Assembly (NCBI GenBank): GCA_964016885.1
Contig: OZ024740.1
Location: 395,994,001-396,058,000 of the forward strand
DNA from: Eledone cirrhosa
Taxonomy: Eukaryota
Direction of reading: 5' to 3'
Length of the DNA: 64,000 bases
The notes beneath the pieces were generated by a model, which did no database searches, had not been told where the DNA came from, and saw nothing but the letters and a program-made list of their open reading frames with translations. Position numbers and translations under genes: made by a program. This document shows positions 62,485 to 64,000 of the stretch, one piece after another. Position 1 is the stretch's first letter. Each line of letters begins with the position of its first letter.

Positions 62485-62669
62485 TGTTTCTACTTTTGGC
62501 ACCAGGCCAGCAATTATCCCAGTGCATTCCTGGTACTTTATTTTATCGACCCCGTAAGGATGAAAGGCAAAGTTAACCTCGGCGGGATTTGAACTCATAT
62601 CATAAAGGGAGGTAACTCTATGCTAAAAAGCATGGCGCCCGACCCTCTACCGATACTGCCAATTCACCA
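62485..62669 (-). mobile_element. tRNA-derived SINE with 16-bp TSD
   Basis: CTGTG(A/G)ATTTCATAAT at 62469-62484 and 62670-62685. Confidence 0.85.
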
Positions 62670-64000
62670 CTGTGGATTTCATAATAATGACCATTATTCA
62701 TTACTTAATTCCATGGATGTAAACTGATGTAAACACCTCCATACCATCCTGAATATAATGGAGTTGCTGACAGGATGGTCACAAGTGTTAAAATGGGTGT
62801 AAAAGCATATTCATCAAGTAATGGTTGAAAATATGCATATTCAAACAACATTTCTCTCCCAGGAAGGCTTCTTAATCAATAGTCTTTAATGAGCAAATAA
62901 ATACTGTCTCTAGTTTTATGAAATTGAAACACCAGCTTGGTAGTGATGCAGAAAAAAATGTTTAATCACAAGTTAGATTTATATCAAGCAGGAAATAATA
63001 TAGCTGATTCTTATAGGTGAACAGGGTATATATTAGCTTATAAAGATCAAATAAACTGATATAAATATTGATAGTGATTGAAATGCAAAATCAGTCCCTG
63101 AAGCTTTGATTGAATGATATTCCCACCTCTATTAATAAAGATTGTGATTTGACAACTGATAAAGGAACAAACATTGCAAATGATGTTAGAATGCAGTTCT
63201 TGAATAATGAAGAAAATTAATTAAATTTGTTTCTAGATGTGATGTCATTGTTATGTTAATACTGTTGTAACATAGTATGCATTTTACACGTTTAGGGCTA
63301 TCTAAGCTGGCTACCACTTCAATGTCAGAGCTTGGCTATTCAACTAAAATAACCTTCTGAACATAAAGGGTCATTATTGAGTTCTTTTTATGAATCTTCA
63401 TGCTAGAAATTATTTCATTTGTCATTATGGTTGAAGTATATAGACCAAATGAAATATATATATTCTGATTACAGAGCTAAATATGACTAATGCAAACAAT
63501 ATTGGAATAACCCTGGTAAAATGGTATTTTGTCATATCCTCATTCCTTTTTTTCATTTTCATAACTTTTCTTTGTTGGAAAGAAAGAAGAAAAAATAGTT
63601 TCTTCTTTCCTTCTTTGCAAACTATTTTCTTTATACATCCTGTTAAAAAAAAGTAATTCAGCTAAAGCCATTCTTTTAAAAAATTCACTCCTTTTGTATT
63701 TGTTTGAAGGGTTGAGAAGTAATTTTCTTTTATTTCTGATCCTTATAAAAACTGGAGCAAATCATGATTTAAACTGCTTACTTCAGCCTGCTCTTCCTTC
63801 TTGTATAACAGTCAGTGTGAGGGAAAATCGAGATTGTGATTTACTGCCTTACCATATTCTCTTCTTTCTTATTGACAGTCCACCACTCACATTTAGGTTG
63901 CTAGAATATTGCTGCACTTAATTTCATTAATTTCTTGATCCAGCTTTCAAGGTTTGAATAGTGCAGTATGTTGCATAACTTAGTTAATTTTGCTGTAAAA

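Larger units (their letters stand above)
59900..63150 (+). mobile_element. Heavily decayed Ty3/Gypsy gag-pol remnant in the RILP-like intron
   Basis: KWVSLSVVLWK...FRLCGDCKIDVN...FYSLSGLDYFAKL (RT N-terminus), LPYGIKTA, FLILIDAYAK*LEV and PYHPEYNGVADR (integrase); interrupted by SINE and RTE pieces. Confidence 0.7.

Overview
AT-rich, repeat-dense animal genomic DNA. The SINE/RTE repeat families and microsatellite content suggest an octopod cephalopod (inference). Three host genes are supported: an intronless TECR (very-long-chain enoyl-CoA reductase, minus strand, 24036-24950); a complete 9-exon QNG1/C9orf64 queuosine-salvage gene that I assembled by hand (34455-52424, 341 aa, mostly missed by the ORF track); and the first coding exon of a RILP-like gene (57303-57647) behind a compact ETS-CRE/CCAAT/E-box motif cluster. 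The rest is mostly mobile DNA: a Penelope-like GIY-YIG remnant bracketed by 395-bp inverted repeats, each carrying an identical minimal hammerhead ribozyme; a decayed Tx1-like LINE; CR1, L2, CRE, RTE and hAT remnants; an RTE copy with a twin-priming-type 5' inversion; two or three head-to-tail non-autonomous Helitrons; an internally deleted Gypsy element with an intact integrase; a full-length, open RTE LINE lying antisense in QNG1 intron 8; and many tRNA-derived SINEs with target-site duplications (TSDs). I see no clear wholly new system. The best leads are the paired ribozymes, the fold-back TTAGGG-like array, the Helitron concatemer and the intronic inverted RTE repeats. Coordinates were read by eye; edges of decayed repeats are approximate.
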